Origin: Dimorphilus gyrociliatus
Taxonomy: Eukaryota; Animalia; Annelida
Length of the DNA stretch: 64,000 nucleotides
NCBI GenBank assembly: GCA_904063045.1
Contig: CAJFCJ010000020.1
Location: forward strand, 62,001 to 126,000
Direction of reading: 5' to 3'
Part shown: positions 36,382 through 50,611 of the stretch, piece by piece
Numbering within the stretch: position 1 is the first letter of the stretch
Layout: each line of letters starts with the position of its first letter
The notes under the pieces: model-generated
Told to the model about the DNA's origin: nothing
The model's input: only the letters and a program-made list of their open reading frames with translations
Databases searched by the model: none
Program-made: the position numbers and the translations under genes

Positions 36382-39300
36382 CGCTTTTATATTGTAACTA
36401 AAAAAAAATACAAGAGGCGTCCCTTTCTGACTTTTTAGTTGGATATTTTATTCTTTTAACAGAGTAGAAGTCAGTTTGAAACAAATGAGGCTAATTTTCT
36501 GCGCGTCACTCCCCGATTTGGGGATTTGCCTGTGGAAAGGTTCACTGACAGGTAGGCGAAATGAGGCGAACAAAATAGATAATTTGTCTTATTGTTATCC
36601 GTCGCTACCCCTGTTCCGGAATGCATTTGTAGAATATTGATTTATAATTAGCAGAGACGCTCGTACTGCATACTTCTTTTCTATTAAGAGGTTTAGACAA
36701 GACTTAGTAGCGAATATATATTGTTTACAAAATTTTCTCACTGTATAGAATTCTATAGAAGTGTCTGTGTAATCAACAACGCCCTTCGAATCCCACTTGT
36801 GTATGTTTATACGAATTTAGTAAATCAGCGTAATAAACGCAAGAGGTTCCGACAAACACTTCTCACGTTCTACGAAACAAGATTGACTTGTTTATACTTT
36901 ACGATATCTCAACTACTGTTTTATTTCATTAGTTAAGTCGCGAAACAGGCTCCTAACTCATTATTATTTCCTCTTTTCTCGCCTTTAACGGAATAGATAG
37001 CTATTTTTTTATGTTTCTTAGAGGATTTCCCTAATACATTTAATTGATGGAGAAAATATGGAAATTTCTATCGCATCAACTTATAAATGCAAATAAAAAA
37101 ATAGTATGTTGCAATATTCCAGAGTTTTAGTCTGTTTACAAGACTACTACATGCTTTATACTCTTGAGGCGCTAAATTTACTTTAGAAGAGGTGTTTTTG
37201 AACTTTTCAATGTTATAGACCATTTCAAAATACCACAGATACGGCGGACAGTTGTTGGTCGAATTTAAGGACGATTTACAGTTCTGCTAACCAACTGCAA
37301 ATGTTCGCCTGCTAACTGTGAGTACTGTAAAATTGAATTAGCTTGGGACAAACAATCATCCAGATGCTCCTTCCCTAAAAACTATTGGTTATTTTTAAAT
37401 AATGATAAAGAATATTTTTCTTATCAATTATGTGTTATTTTAGGGTACATTCATTGTATATAGTCAACAAAGAAACTTCGTTTTCCAGATGATTTGTCTC
37501 ACGATACATTATAATATTAATATAATGCTGGATAAGTTTACAATTGATTTATTCTTATTAATATTTACGTAACTGTATCGTATATTTAATGCAATTGTTT
37601 AGTAAGAATACCTAAAGCATTTACTCGTCTCTCGGCTACTTTTCGCCACAATCTTCAAAGTTGCTCGCGGAAACGCTCAGAGCGCCGAAGGAATGCATGC
37701 CTTTCACAGAGCTTACGAACATTAGCCTAATTCGAGGATTCTCGCTATAAATAAAGGCGAACATGTATTTAATCACAGGCCTATCATACGCCAAGAATAT
37801 GCCTATAAAAATGCCCCCTTGGACATTATTTTTCTGACGGGATAAAGATTCTCCTGATACTAAAATTAATATATAATTCATAAATGAGCATGTTTCTCTA
37901 TTATAATTAGTCTATTTCTCTTCCATGAGAGGAAGTTGACCATTATTCATTGGCTTTTACGAGAATTGGGTAAGTCGTCGAATAGGAATGACTAGAGATA
38001 AATTCCTTTATATAAACTCCATTCTTTTCCTATTTTCTTACTTTTATCAGCGCTTTATCTAGGAAAATGTTGCATTAAAATAGTCATAAATGTAATAAAT
38101 AATACTAAATTGGATTTTTGAAAAAATTTTATAGAAAAATTTGATTCCTTATGAAATTATAGCCAAATATTATATTAAAAGTATTGAATAAGAGGAGGAA
38201 AAACGCTATTAAAAAGAGTAAACTTATTTGTTTAATATCTATTATAAGACCGAAAAATTACACTTTGATCTTAGGAAACATTAATCTTGTCTTTAATTTA
38301 TACTTTATTTTTCCTTTAGCACCTTCCCACGAACTATACTAATAAAAACAGTAGAAAGGGAAATAATTTTTGGGATTTCTTATCTTGGGTTCTCGTCTCT
38401 TTTTTTTATTATCAGGCCTATAGGTTTTTAAAAATGTTAATTACTTACTTTGCTACATTTCCTGACTTAGATTATCCATATTTGAGGAAGGAGAAATTAT
38501 TAAGATATAATTAAACATCTCGACAGCATTTTATAAACGACTCGTGTACTTCGTATGCCAAACGGGCCTATTTTTTCGGCTTTTACGCTCGATTGTAGGT
38601 GGCGTGTGTGTCGTATCTTCATTTTACTACGACATCTGCGGCAAATTTAACCGTGTGATTTCTATCACTAATTAGGAGAAAGAAACCTAGAGAGAAAAAT
38701 TTTGATATTATCTTCAATAAACTAGAACATTATATTATCTATATCTAGGAAACTTGATACAATATACTAATAAGATCAAGACTAAATTGATTTTCCTAAT
38801 GATTAGATATTTCCCCGCTATATAGAAAAAATAAATGTGTTATACACAATAAAACATACATATTAAAATATATATATATATATACATATATACTGTATAT
38901 ATTATTAATAATATAAAGAGAGATCAATTATATATTGGTAACAATACTGTAAAACATTTAAAATGTACGTACAGAGCATGAACAGAAATTGTAATATTAT
39001 TCATCTTAATCTATTATTAAAGCTTCATTTGCTGAATACTTTAAAGTTGTCTTATATTTCTCATAATTTATATATGAATAGGAATGCTTTAACATGAAAA
39101 TGAAAAATATGTAAAGTAAGGATAACAAATCCTCTTAAATTCATGTATTGAGATATATAAAGACGAGATCCCATGGAAGAGTAATCACAGCTATTGTCGT
39201 TTATTTAATAATGGTAAAAGAGTTCCCAAAAGATTTTGAATCTGGATGGACTACTGTACCACATAACATACTCTTACAAAAGAGACCTAAAAACGTAATA

Positions 39301-40020
39301 CTGGTATAAACTTTCTATATAAGCCGATTATATTTCTGAGAATTTCGTGTTTTAGCTAACAGTCTTGACGGATTCTTTAAGGTTCAGTGAACTTTTTTCC
39401 ACTTTACAATTTAGTAGAAAGGCTTGGATTGATAGAAGGATGAGACTTTATTATAACCATACGAAATATGACATTAATCTAAAAATTAAGGTATTAATGC
39501 TTGAACTAAACACAGACCAGACGTTACAATTATTGATGCTAGCATGGCGGTGAGTTAAAGGAGATTAAGGAATACTAAGGATAGTGTTCGATTGTAATTA
39601 AATTTATCTTTTTCTAGCAGAGATAGAGAAAAATAACACTTTCTGGGCATCAGAGTTACATTTTCGAGAAAGCAAAGGTTAATTTTAGAAAAGACGAATA
39701 AAGCTGATCTATTTTAAGGGTACCTGCCGATAGAACGTATGTTTACTGCTTGACATTTTGCAGGATACAACAAATTTGAGAAAAGGAGAAAATTGCGGTT
39801 GTCATAGGCCTTCATAATCGTGGAAAATGAGTTGGAAAGTTGAGTGAACTCTCGAGAAGCCTATTTTTTTTATTTACCTTGGTATTAGATGTTATATAGT
39901 ACTTAAGATTTGAATACCTGATATTAAATTCCTTGACTCTAAACTACCAAACCAATTTGCCAAAAAATATTACTCAACTTAAAAAAATCTAAAGAGAAAA
40001 ACAGAGAGAAGTTAAACGAA

Positions 40021-40051
<31 letters not shown>

Positions 40052-41518
40052 GGCCAGATAAAGAGGGACAAATTAGGCAGCAAAAAAAAAGGGGTGTGGG
40101 TGTAGGGTGATTTGTTGTTGAGTTTTTAGGCATTAGAAGGTGCAGCCACCTTAATTCACATGAACCTTGGGTTGATAAGGAGCATACATGATTAATATAA
40201 ATACTATTTCCTTATATAATCTCGTGTCATGTTACTCAAAGTAGAAACCTTAAGAAAAGTCCTTTCAAAGCAGTTTTTTACTTCAAAAGATTACCTAATA
40301 ATATATGTATACAGCATAGATAATGTTTGCAGTCTGATAATTATTTTCAATCACAAAATATTAGCCTTACGGCTATTAATCAAAGATCTACCTGAAATGA
40401 ATATAAAATAGCTTTAGCTTCTTTTAACAGCTTTCCGGGGCGTTTGTTATTTCTGATAGAATCAGCTATTAACCTAAAAAAACTAAGCTATTATGTCCTA
40501 GTAAAATCGAAGACGATTGTCATAATAACTTAAAGGCTTCTTTCTTGTTCAAATAGATTGATCATTTGTACGAATATCATAAAAGCAAAAACGTAGGCGG
40601 AATTGAAGATTCAAGGTTTTATATAGCATAAATAATTGAAGTACTATTACGAATAAAGCCTATTAAGTCATTTAAGGCACAAACCAGGAAGTATGCAAAA
40701 AGACTATTCTAGAATTTCCATTAAAACTATAGAGGTAATCACTAAAATAATTTGCAAATAGGGGAAAACTTACCTGTAAAGTAACAATACAGAATAATGT
40801 GAGGTATTACTTATCTTATAAGGTATTACATGAATTTTATTAAATTATCGAACAATAAAACTCTTTTATCTAGCAAAAGAAAAGCAGAATGTCGTTTTCA
40901 ATCTAGAAAACGGAAAAGAAAACTAGTAATTGGCAAAAATATTCCTCATTAAGCATTAATTATAGACAAGGTATAAGATAATTATATTTATAAAGTCAAT
41001 TAACATGATAAACGTGAGAAATGTTAACTTTTTATATCATAAGATAAGAACGATTCAATTTTCCTATACGACTGTTATAATACTATGACTTTAACAAGAA
41101 GGGATAAATTGATTTAGTCGACATGCCATTTTCTTTCAAGTTTCTTCCATTTGATGGAGAAGCACAGAAAAAAAAACAGAATAGCGACAACAGAATGGGG
41201 ATTTATTTTAACTTCTCACCTTTAATTTATTCTTGACGGGGGTTTGTCACAGATCGGAAATTGGTCAGATACCATCAACAGTTCAGACGTTGATTATTCA
41301 GTGTAGATCAACTTTACCACTTAGAGAAGATGAGTGTTTTATGATTAAATACTTAATTATTTCATGCCAATTACAAGGTAGCTAAGTTTCACAATGAAAT
41401 TAGTTATTTTTCATTCCCTAGAAACGAAATAAATTGGCTAATCCAATTCCGCTATAAGAAGAGTAAAAGCTAAAGAATATTTTTCTCTTTTGGGAAAACC
41501 TGTCGAGGTGGAAGAAGA

Positions 41519-42598
41519 ATGGCGAAAAATGCTACCGAATCACCTTTGTGTCTATCAAAGAATCGGCCTTTAGACAAGTTCATATATATCTATGGTATAT
41601 CCGTAGTAGCCTTTTTTGGTATAATAGGGAATACTTTAACCTACATCATCCTAACGAAGCAGAAAACGACTAAAGGGAAAACCTCCCTAACAATTTACCT
41701 CATGAAAGTTTTATCCCTTACCGATTCATCATTCCTCGTAATTGCGGCTTGGTCATGGATTATGCCTACGATCGCAATCGACTATAGAAAAACCTCTTTA
41801 TGGAAATTTTACCTGCTTAAAGTTGTTTTCCAGCCAATGGGTTCTATAGCTGTTATGATTACGAATTATACTTTAGTGGCTCTATCTGTCCATAGATTTC
41901 TAGTAGTTTGTTATCCAATGAAAAAGGGTCTATGGCAATCTAAGATGAATATCAATTTTGTTCTACTTGGTATTATTATTTTCTCAATTGGTTTTAATGC
42001 TCCTCGATTTTTCGAAGAGAGAATTGATTATTCAAGAAAAGTATTTATTACTTGCTTCAACAAAAGCGTTCATATGACAACAGCGACCGGAATTCAGAAC
42101 ACATATTACAACTGGATATACATGTTTTTCTTCAGAGCTGCTTTCAGACTAGTTATACCCTTTATACTTATCTTTTACTCGAATTACAAGCTCCTTAAAA
42201 CAGCTAAAAATCTGGGTAAAGTAGCCCACCAGTCGACAATTGACGGTCCTATAGCTGATTATAAAAGAAAAAGGGAATACTCTTTGAGTGTGATGATGGC
42301 AAGCCTTTGCGCGTCCTTTTTACTCTTTCAAATACCAAACGCAGCCGCATCCGTTTTACAAATACCGTCTTTTCTATTACCAAACAGGAATTATTCGAGA
42401 ATCTATGCGTTTTTAGGCCCTATAGGCAATTTTCTACTCACAGTAAATTCTGCTGTAAATTTTATTATTTACTATGCTTCGCATAGTCAATTTAGATATT
42501 CGGCTAAAGAAATACTCTGTAAAAGAATTATTAGAAGAAAACGTCGTGCCAAGCAATCTGTAATAATCTATACACTAGTTGATTCTCTGCACGACTAA
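41519..42598 (+). CDS. Peptide-type class A GPCR, FMRFamide-receptor-like, intronless, 359 aa
   Basis: TM1 GIIGNTL, TM2 LSLTD, TM3 ALSVHRFLVVCYP, TM4-ECL2 FNAPRFFE, TM5 IPF, TM6 FQIPN and TM7 NSAVNFIIY. The PRFFE and NSxVNFxIY motifs are typical of the FMRFamide/myosuppressin/SPR receptor group. Confidence 0.9.
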   Translation: MAKNATESPLCLSKNRPLDKFIYIYGISVVAFFGIIGNTLTYIILTKQKTTKGKTSLTIYLMKVLSLTDSSFLVIAAWSWIMPTIAIDYRKTSLWKFYLLKVVFQPMGSIAVMITNYTLVALSVHRFLVVCYPMKKGLWQSKMNINFVLLGIIIFSIGFNAPRFFEERIDYSRKVFITCFNKSVHMTTATGIQNTYYNWIYMFFFRAAFRLVIPFILIFYSNYKLLKTAKNLGKVAHQSTIDGPIADYKRKREYSLSVMMASLCASFLLFQIPNAAASVLQIPSFLLPNRNYSRIYAFLGPIGNFLLTVNSAVNFIIYYASHSQFRYSAKEILCKRIIRRKRRAKQSVIIYTLVDSLHD

Positions 42599-45500
42599 GA
42601 CTTTGGTTGTCAAGTAAAAGATTGTTTTTATACCAAAAATTAAACAAGAACCATTTAAAAATATCTTTCTTATTTGTACTTTACAATTGTTAAGTAAAAC
42701 TTAGTTTTTTCAACATTTGCATATAATTTATTTAAATCAAAATTGTTTAAGTAATTAATTTAATCATTATGCAATTAGGTATTTTAGTATTTTTCTGTCT
42801 TTTATACCGTTTGACGAGACTTATGTGTATACTTTGTCATTTTAATTAAAATAGGCATGAGTCCGTGCATGTTAGATGGTATTTGTTTCCGGTTAATTAT
42901 TGAGTTCGAATAAGTCTTATATTGATGCTGGGAAAAGAGAAATTTGTCGTTATCATGCTCTCATTTATCGCAATCTTTACTTTTTACTGAATTATTGAAT
43001 AGAAATCATTATTTCCTTGGCATTAGAAACATAAGAAAGAAAAAATTCTTAAGTGTTATTCTTGGAAACATATGCATTCGTAAAGTACTATTAATCAAGT
43101 TCTACTTTAAAAGACTTTTGCTAAATTTCCGTATATAATGAATTGATGTTAGAATAAATATGTATAATACCTATAATTACGTAATTTGATACCGTATTTA
43201 TATTGTACATATTGTATGCATAAAATTTTGCTATAAACATGTATGATATACATGATGAAACCTTATTTTTATATGTATAGCAGATATTGGTTAATATCCA
43301 AGTTCCTTCCTGTTTCCTCTTCTTGTGTTTATTTTTAACATTTTATGAAATTGTTAGAGACGCAATAATTTTCTCATCTTAAGTGAATGTCAATTTCAGT
43401 GTATATTACTATTATAAAAAATATTAAAATGGAAAAAAATTTGGGCCAATCTAAGCCTAGCATTAGTTAAAGTAGTAATTTATTAAGGGTAATAGCATGT
43501 TTACATTTTTGCATTTCGTCTACAGAGAGAGAAACTTTTCTCCCCATATAATTTTCCACCAAAGCAAAATACAATCAAAAGGGTAATTGGTAACCTAATA
43601 TGGTTTGAATTAACCACTAAACACGGTGATATAAAAAAATAAATGACAGTAAATACTATTTCCTTTCTATTGAACTGTAAATATTTTTTCTTTAAGAATT
43701 AAATGTGACAATGTTAAAATCTTGTCAGTGGTGGCAACAGATTCTTTTATTCTATAAATATCAACACATGCCACAGTAATAAATGCCTTGCGGTATGTCA
43801 CAAAAACAGCTGACATAATTGAGAAAAATTAGGAGATTGCTCCGAGATATTTATAATTGATTAATTGATATTAAATTAATTACAAATATTTAGAAAGAAA
43901 CGAAAGTAAATTATTTAAAACTTGAGTATAACCTTTCTTTACACTATACAAGTTAGACAATACTACAATTGATAAAAGTTCAGTTCTTTTTTGTATTCTA
44001 AATAATTGTTTACAAATAGCTTGTTTACTCTCTTGTTTCTCTCTCTCCCTCCCTCTATCTCTATATCTCTCTCTCTCCTGTATTTGCTTTACCTACTTCT
44101 TGTTATCTGCTACTCTTTATCTTTTCTGCTATACAGAAAAATGGGCGATGGCAATCATAAAAGAAAGTTACTTCTAATAACGAATTAGCAATATTTACTG
44201 AGCTTAGTCATCTTCTGGTCATAAAGTATTATTAGTCACTGTTCATTAAACTTATCAGTAAATAAACATAACTGAAATCAATCACAGAAACACTTTTAAA
44301 GAAATAAATAGAAAGAAAATACGAGTGATGAAGTACCTTAGATATTTTACTAGATAATTGAATCCTAGTTTCTGATTAAACTAGATTCTATTGTTTAATA
44401 ATCGAATAGGTAAGGAATGTTTCTAAATGAAATCTATACAAAAATAAATAAATATAAAATTACTTTTTTATGTTAATTGTAATGAAAAGTACCATTCATT
44501 CGAAAAATAATTAATAGTAATTAAAAGGCAAGCTTATTTCATTTGGGTTATACAGTTTATATGAAAATTAGTTCGGTGAATATCAATCTAAGAATTGTCT
44601 CTCAAGTTTGTTGGCAAATTAGTCGTCAGATTGTTACTAAAATTGACACGAGATTGCTGTTTGAAGTTCGGTTATCCTTAGACAACCGAAAGATGGCGAT
44701 GACGTCACCAATTGCAAAATTGTTTCTTTTACAAAAAACAAGTTTTCATCGAATAAGCTATTTTCATGTTGGGGAAGAGATATGATATATTTAAGCGATT
44801 ATTAATGGCTGGTAGGCAAAACAGGATCAATACTGGTCCAAAAACGGTGTCGAAACGGACTAGGACCAATTTACAGAAACAGTGAGATAAGGAGGTTTAA
44901 CTTACAAAATATACGCTTAATCTACACCCTCCTTCAAGAGGGTATACTATTAGGTATTTCAGATAAAATACTTTGAAAGCAGAACCTATATCACCTACTC
45001 CAAATAGTGAGCTGAGTAGAAACAGTATATACTGTATATATATATATAATATACAGCTACATTTTCTTATATAAACTTAAAATATATCTATAAATACTAA
45101 TAATTATCTATATTCCTAAATTAGTATAAATGTTGGATGAAAGCTTCAAAAAAAGCAAATTTAAGTATTAAAAATGGAAAGTTAAGGCGGTAAAAAATGA
45201 AATATTAAATCTATTATTAATAATATTAAAAAGTGGCTTTATATTGAATGAACGTCTTGTTTCTTGGAATTATTAATAAAATTTAAATTTTTCGTTTTAA
45301 ATATCATTCTTATTTCAAATATAGATTAATAAACCTTGTGGAATATGTACTGTTGTAATCTATAGTACTGCTTACGAGTAATGCGAAACATACATACAAT
45401 GTATTTACTGTAAATATTTATTTATTTATAAAATTAGAGGATAGGAAAGAAAAATAGTTTTCTTCAGCTGTCAATTAACCCAGGGATAGGTAGTAAAACT

Positions 45501-45777
45501 GAGAGGACATTACCGTGTGATGGATGACTTTCTTAACTGTACCGATAGATGGCGTTGTAACAATAAAATTTCTAAGCCTTCGGAAGTTATTGATTAATAT
45601 TAGGCCATTTTATATTAGCTATCTATTTTAATCATAGATTAAATTCACGCAATAAGTGTAATTTAGAAAATAGTTGCTTAGGCGTTTTTGTCATATATAA
45701 TTACTTTAAACGCTTATAAATGATCCATTGAACCATAAATTTTTGGAATATACTTGTAGATTATCTATAAAAAAAAG

Positions 45778-46876
45778 ATGATAAACGGCAATAACATGTT
45801 TACAGTCGATGAGACTCTTAATATACTAAAAAATATATTGTATATAGAAGAAAGCGATATAGAAGAATATAGAAAAGGAAAAAATCAATTGGAATTTTTA
45901 AATAAGATAATAAGATCATTTCAAGAGAATATACCCTTTCATAACATATTCGCTTTGGCATCAACAAGAAAGGCGAGGTTTGTATTCTGTATTAAATATC
46001 TTTTTTTTTTGTTTTTTAAAAGAAAAACTGTATATTATATACTATATATTTTTTATTTTTAACAAACTAGGCCTTCTTTAGATGACATTAAAACGAGAAT
46101 ACAAAATGGTTCGGGTGGCTTGTGCTTTGTTAACAACGTTGGAATATATTTTCTATTAGATTCTTTAAATTTTAATGTAAGTCTAGCATTGTCCAGTGTG
46201 TCCTCTCCGGATAATCATTTAGTTGTTTTGGTGAACATGGGAAATGAAAATAAGAGTTTAGAAAGTTCAGATAAAGTTAATTTGTAAGCTACTTTCTTTT
46301 CCATTTTTAATCAGAAATGAATAAAGTGACGATTCCTAAAATAACTGTTTCAGACTTTTAGAAAATTTCTACTTAGTAGAATGTGGATGTGGCTATCCTT
46401 CTTTCACAGCTGTACCGTTGAAAGGCCTAATTGAAGAAGGCTCTGAGAGTGAAATTTACAAGGAATCATTCTTGACGTACAAATTCGAAAGAGACGGCGA
46501 CCTAATTTTAAGAATGCATGGAAGAGGGTTCATAGAACCGAAAACTCATCAAGCCTCAAAAGGCACAGATTTCAAACGGTTCTATGATTTTCGTACAACG
46601 GCAATTAAGAGTATTGATGAATTACTTCCATATTTTGATAAAGTGTTTAACGACGAAAATGAGGCTTCTTTCATATGTAATATAAGAGCAATAAGATTCC
46701 CATCAGGCAAAGCTATTGGTATGAGGGATAATTTCCTTTTAGAAGAAGAGAATAACGTGCTAAGAACTAGAGAATTGAAAGACAATAATGATATAGTTAG
46801 ACACTTACAAATAATTTTACCAAAAATTCCACTGTCTGAATGCATTCAAGCTGTCCAAAGGCTTTATAATAATTAG
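45778..46876 (+). CDS. nat: Arylamine N-acetyltransferase (NAT) family protein; exons 45778-45977, 46071-46283, 46354-46876
   Basis: IPFHNI (IPFENL-like), GGLC (catalytic Cys, codon 46123), DNHLVVLV (catalytic His, 46216) and YLVECGCGYP (normally YLVDVGxG). Two GT-AG phase-2 introns (93 and 70 nt) keep the frame. Confidence 0.88.
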
Positions 46877-49800
46877 ATTAACTACATAGATATAAATAAA
46901 AAAAAGACTCTAATGACTAAGTATTTTCCATTAAGCACTTGTTAATTCTTGTAAATAAGTTCCTTTATAAGTGTTATGATATGTTTGCCTTTCTCATAAA
47001 AGAAACTGTTTTGTATATCATCCTCTTTCAATAAATAACCAACATTTGTGAGTTTTAGAGATTATGGGTAAAGTTCACATGAGTATAGGTATCCTTCTTA
47101 TCTGCTACATGTGTTCTACGTAGAGAAAAAAACAACTTGCAAACATTTTCTTATTCTTTTTCTTCTTCTTTTTATTGATAAAATATTTTCCCTCGTTTTA
47201 CTTTCTTTTTTTAAACGTAAATTAAGTTTAATAGTTTCTTTTCACCTCCAAAAGGCAACTTTGAGTTATAACTTCCAACTTTGGCTTTCTCAGCAATTAC
47301 AGTTTATAAGAAGGCTTTAGATCTTACAGTAATGCAGTTAGTCGTAACGAAACGACCTAGCACTCAAGTTGTTTGCCATAAGGATGTATTCTAGACATGG
47401 AAGAGTCTTACATAACAATGGCTAATGACGAAAATTCATTTTTCTACGATAATTGAATATTTATTAAAGTATTCAAGTTAATTTATCTGATAAAAATTAT
47501 ATAAAATCATGTTTTTTATGCTAAAAGACCTTGAAAAAGTTAGTATTGTTCGCCTAGAAGATAACAAGGGGTATTTTCAAGTGTAAATGAGAAGGGTAAG
47601 ACATTTACGATCGTCAATCATCTTATAATTTAATGAATGAAAACGCTTATTATCATTATCTTTTAAAACGCCAACCTATCACTAAAGAATGCTACACAAA
47701 TGGCTTTATTAATATCTATCAATCTATATATATGATATACGTATATAGAGAAACAAAGAACTACTTAGACGACATACTGAAAGAGTAGCACTTTTATTTG
47801 TTTGGTTGTTCCCTATACTTCCTATTGGTTAAAATTAAGCGTAAAAGAGTCAATTTTTTATGCATATTTACAAAAAGAATACAGTAATTTAGGAGGCTTA
47901 TTTCTTTATTTTAAGCCTCTATTTGACAATTCATTTGTTAAATTGGAGTGTACAACTGGGACTTTGTTTTTCCCAGAAACTGACAAAGTGTTGAATATCA
48001 ATTAATTTGTATTTTATTTCTTTCACATTCTATGCTTTTTTTTATGTTTTGTTTAATTATAAAGCTTCCTATTGAGTTAAACAACAAAAGATGTAAAAAA
48101 TGGAGTTATCTTTTACTAATTTACGACAAAAAGATATAGAGAAATTGTTAAATTTTAAACGAAAAAATGGATTTTGATCAGTAAATAATTACTCTTTTTC
48201 GTTTTATAGAGGACGAACAACGAGGAGAGAGAGAGAGAGAGAGAGATAAAGTGATAGAAATGATAGAGAGCTAGGTAATTAACGGAAATTGTCCTTTATC
48301 TTTGAAATGCGAGACGTAGGGAAAATGATTAGAATACTTTAAATTTGTTTAGGAAATTAATCAAAAAATCGATAATTTTTTAATTATCTTGCATTGATTA
48401 GTTATAAGGTAAATGATATTAAGGAAGTAGTTTAAAAATCACATTAATTACGTGATAAAAAATATTCTCCATAGTCTATAGACCCTAATAGGCAAAACAT
48501 TATAATATTTGCCGTGTAAACCTAGACGTCGAATGGTACAGCAACTATCCTTGTTGGTAAAAATTGTATATTATATCCTGATGACAATAGCTATTTTCTT
48601 TGATAGTATACAGTATAAGGGTAAAATAAGCTTTCTAGCATTTTTAAGACGTTTGAGCCTTTTTAATATGTCTTTTTCAATTCTTGAGGTCAGATTGAAG
48701 AACTTTAAGAAAGGCCAAGTAAGATTAAATCAAGATGAAGAGGAAAATTTTACTCTTGTTCATATAAGAGCTTTGAAATGAAGGAATTATAAGAATATAA
48801 TTCTAGAGTTTTCCATTTTTCTCTAATAAAACATTCAAAGAGTACTTTCAAGTCTTTAAATAATCTTACTTAACAAGACTCGATAGTAAGTAATATAAAA
48901 GCACTAAGTCAAGTGTGAATCGATAATAAGATCGGGCAGACGTCTACCAGAGCAGATAACATTGCCGTATAAATAGATTGAATTCGAGGTAAAGCTTTTT
49001 ATAGATACTTTTTTTAAAATGCCATCATTAAATGGATTTACTCTCACATCCTAGCGACACTGTTTAAACAAGACAAACTTTACATAGTCTTCATTCCAAT
49101 ACTTTCCAACAGATGGCGTGAATGAATTGAGAGGAATGTCTTAGAAGGAGGAAGTAATACTTTAATTACATAGTTATACACTTTGAATATACAGTAGCAT
49201 GTGCGATAATATTTACCAGCAAATAAACAACTGAATAAGGGATAAACACATACATACAGCATATATCTTTTCAAATATATTACAACAGTATAGATGAATT
49301 TATAAATATTCGTACAACAGCACAAAGATGTAAGAAAAATTATAACAACTAATGGATGATTAGATTAAAGAGATAGATAAAAGAAAGTGTGTGACACAAT
49401 TTTTACTGCAATATTTTTGTTGGAAGGATAAAAATCGATTCACATCAATTTATCACTTCGTGACATATTCTAAGTGCCCTAACTAAGATGATAAAATATA
49501 AGCTTAGAAGAAATTTTCGATCTCAATGTCAGCTAGATTTATTAAACTCGACTTCTTTTCAATGAACGAACTAAACGAAAGAATAAAAATCACTTTTCTT
49601 TTTTTTTTATTTAAAAAAACAAGTTTCTCCTAAAAATAGAGTTTTCAATTAAAGTTCTAAAATTAATTAAATAACCAAAACAACTCTAATTTCAAAGTAA
49701 TTTATAGTTCATTTCTTAGTACCACTTGGAATATTTTTATATATAGATAAAATACATTATAAAAGGAAGAGAGAAAGATAGAGAGGAGGAGCAGGGGCAG

Positions 49801-50611
49801 GAGCAGAAGGAGGTAGAGCAATCAGAGTCATTCATAAGAGTATTAGTACAAAACTTCTTCATCAACTAAGTTTCTTTTCAATTCTGCTGTGCTTACACAT
49901 TTCGCTATTTTTACCTTCCTTTTTACTAGCAATAAGAAAAAGCTGACCTATAATTACTTTAACAATATTCAACTTCATAATTATACGTTACATATGTTTT
50001 TTTAAATAAGATATATCCAATTTCATTTTGTTTACTATTGACAATTTTTAACATTGAATGAGAACAATCTATTGTATTTTACTGTATAATTCTTATTAAA
50101 TAACTAAAAGTTAGAGGATTAGATAGAAATATATTAGGGTTAACTGCGTAATGCGAACCGGTAGAAAAGTTTATCTTATCTGATGTAAATCGACTGCCTA
50201 AGATTGATATACCGTACTTGAGTTAATTTGTTTGTCGAAATGGTTTACAAAGATCTTTTATTACGTAAGGACTAAAAAGATAGGGTTAATAACCAAAGTA
50301 TATGAAAGGATGACAGAATGTTTTTGTACATGTCTTTTTATATTTTCATTTTTGTAATATTGGTTTTTTATATCTGTTTATGCGGTAATTAGTGTTATTA
50401 TTTAGCAAATGGTCTATAATTTACATAAAATCAATAGGAATGGGATCCTTTTTCAATTTCTTTCCCAAGTGATTTGAGATAATATTTGGAAACGTAACAA
50501 TAAGTTATTATTTGTACAACCGTCTATGTACTTTTTTCTAAGGGCTTTTTAAGTAAAGATATGATTTAAGCTTGATGAAAAATCCTCCAGATTTATTATG
50601 TTTTCCTTAAA

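Noticed and set aside
36785-36796. TTCGAATCCC T-loop-like word (similar words near 10450 and 56438)
   Set aside because: No T-stem, D-arm or acceptor stem, so not a tRNA.
41893-41901. HRF in place of DRY in the peptide GPCR
   Set aside because: R3.50 is retained and such variants are ordinary in FMRFamide-receptor-like GPCRs.
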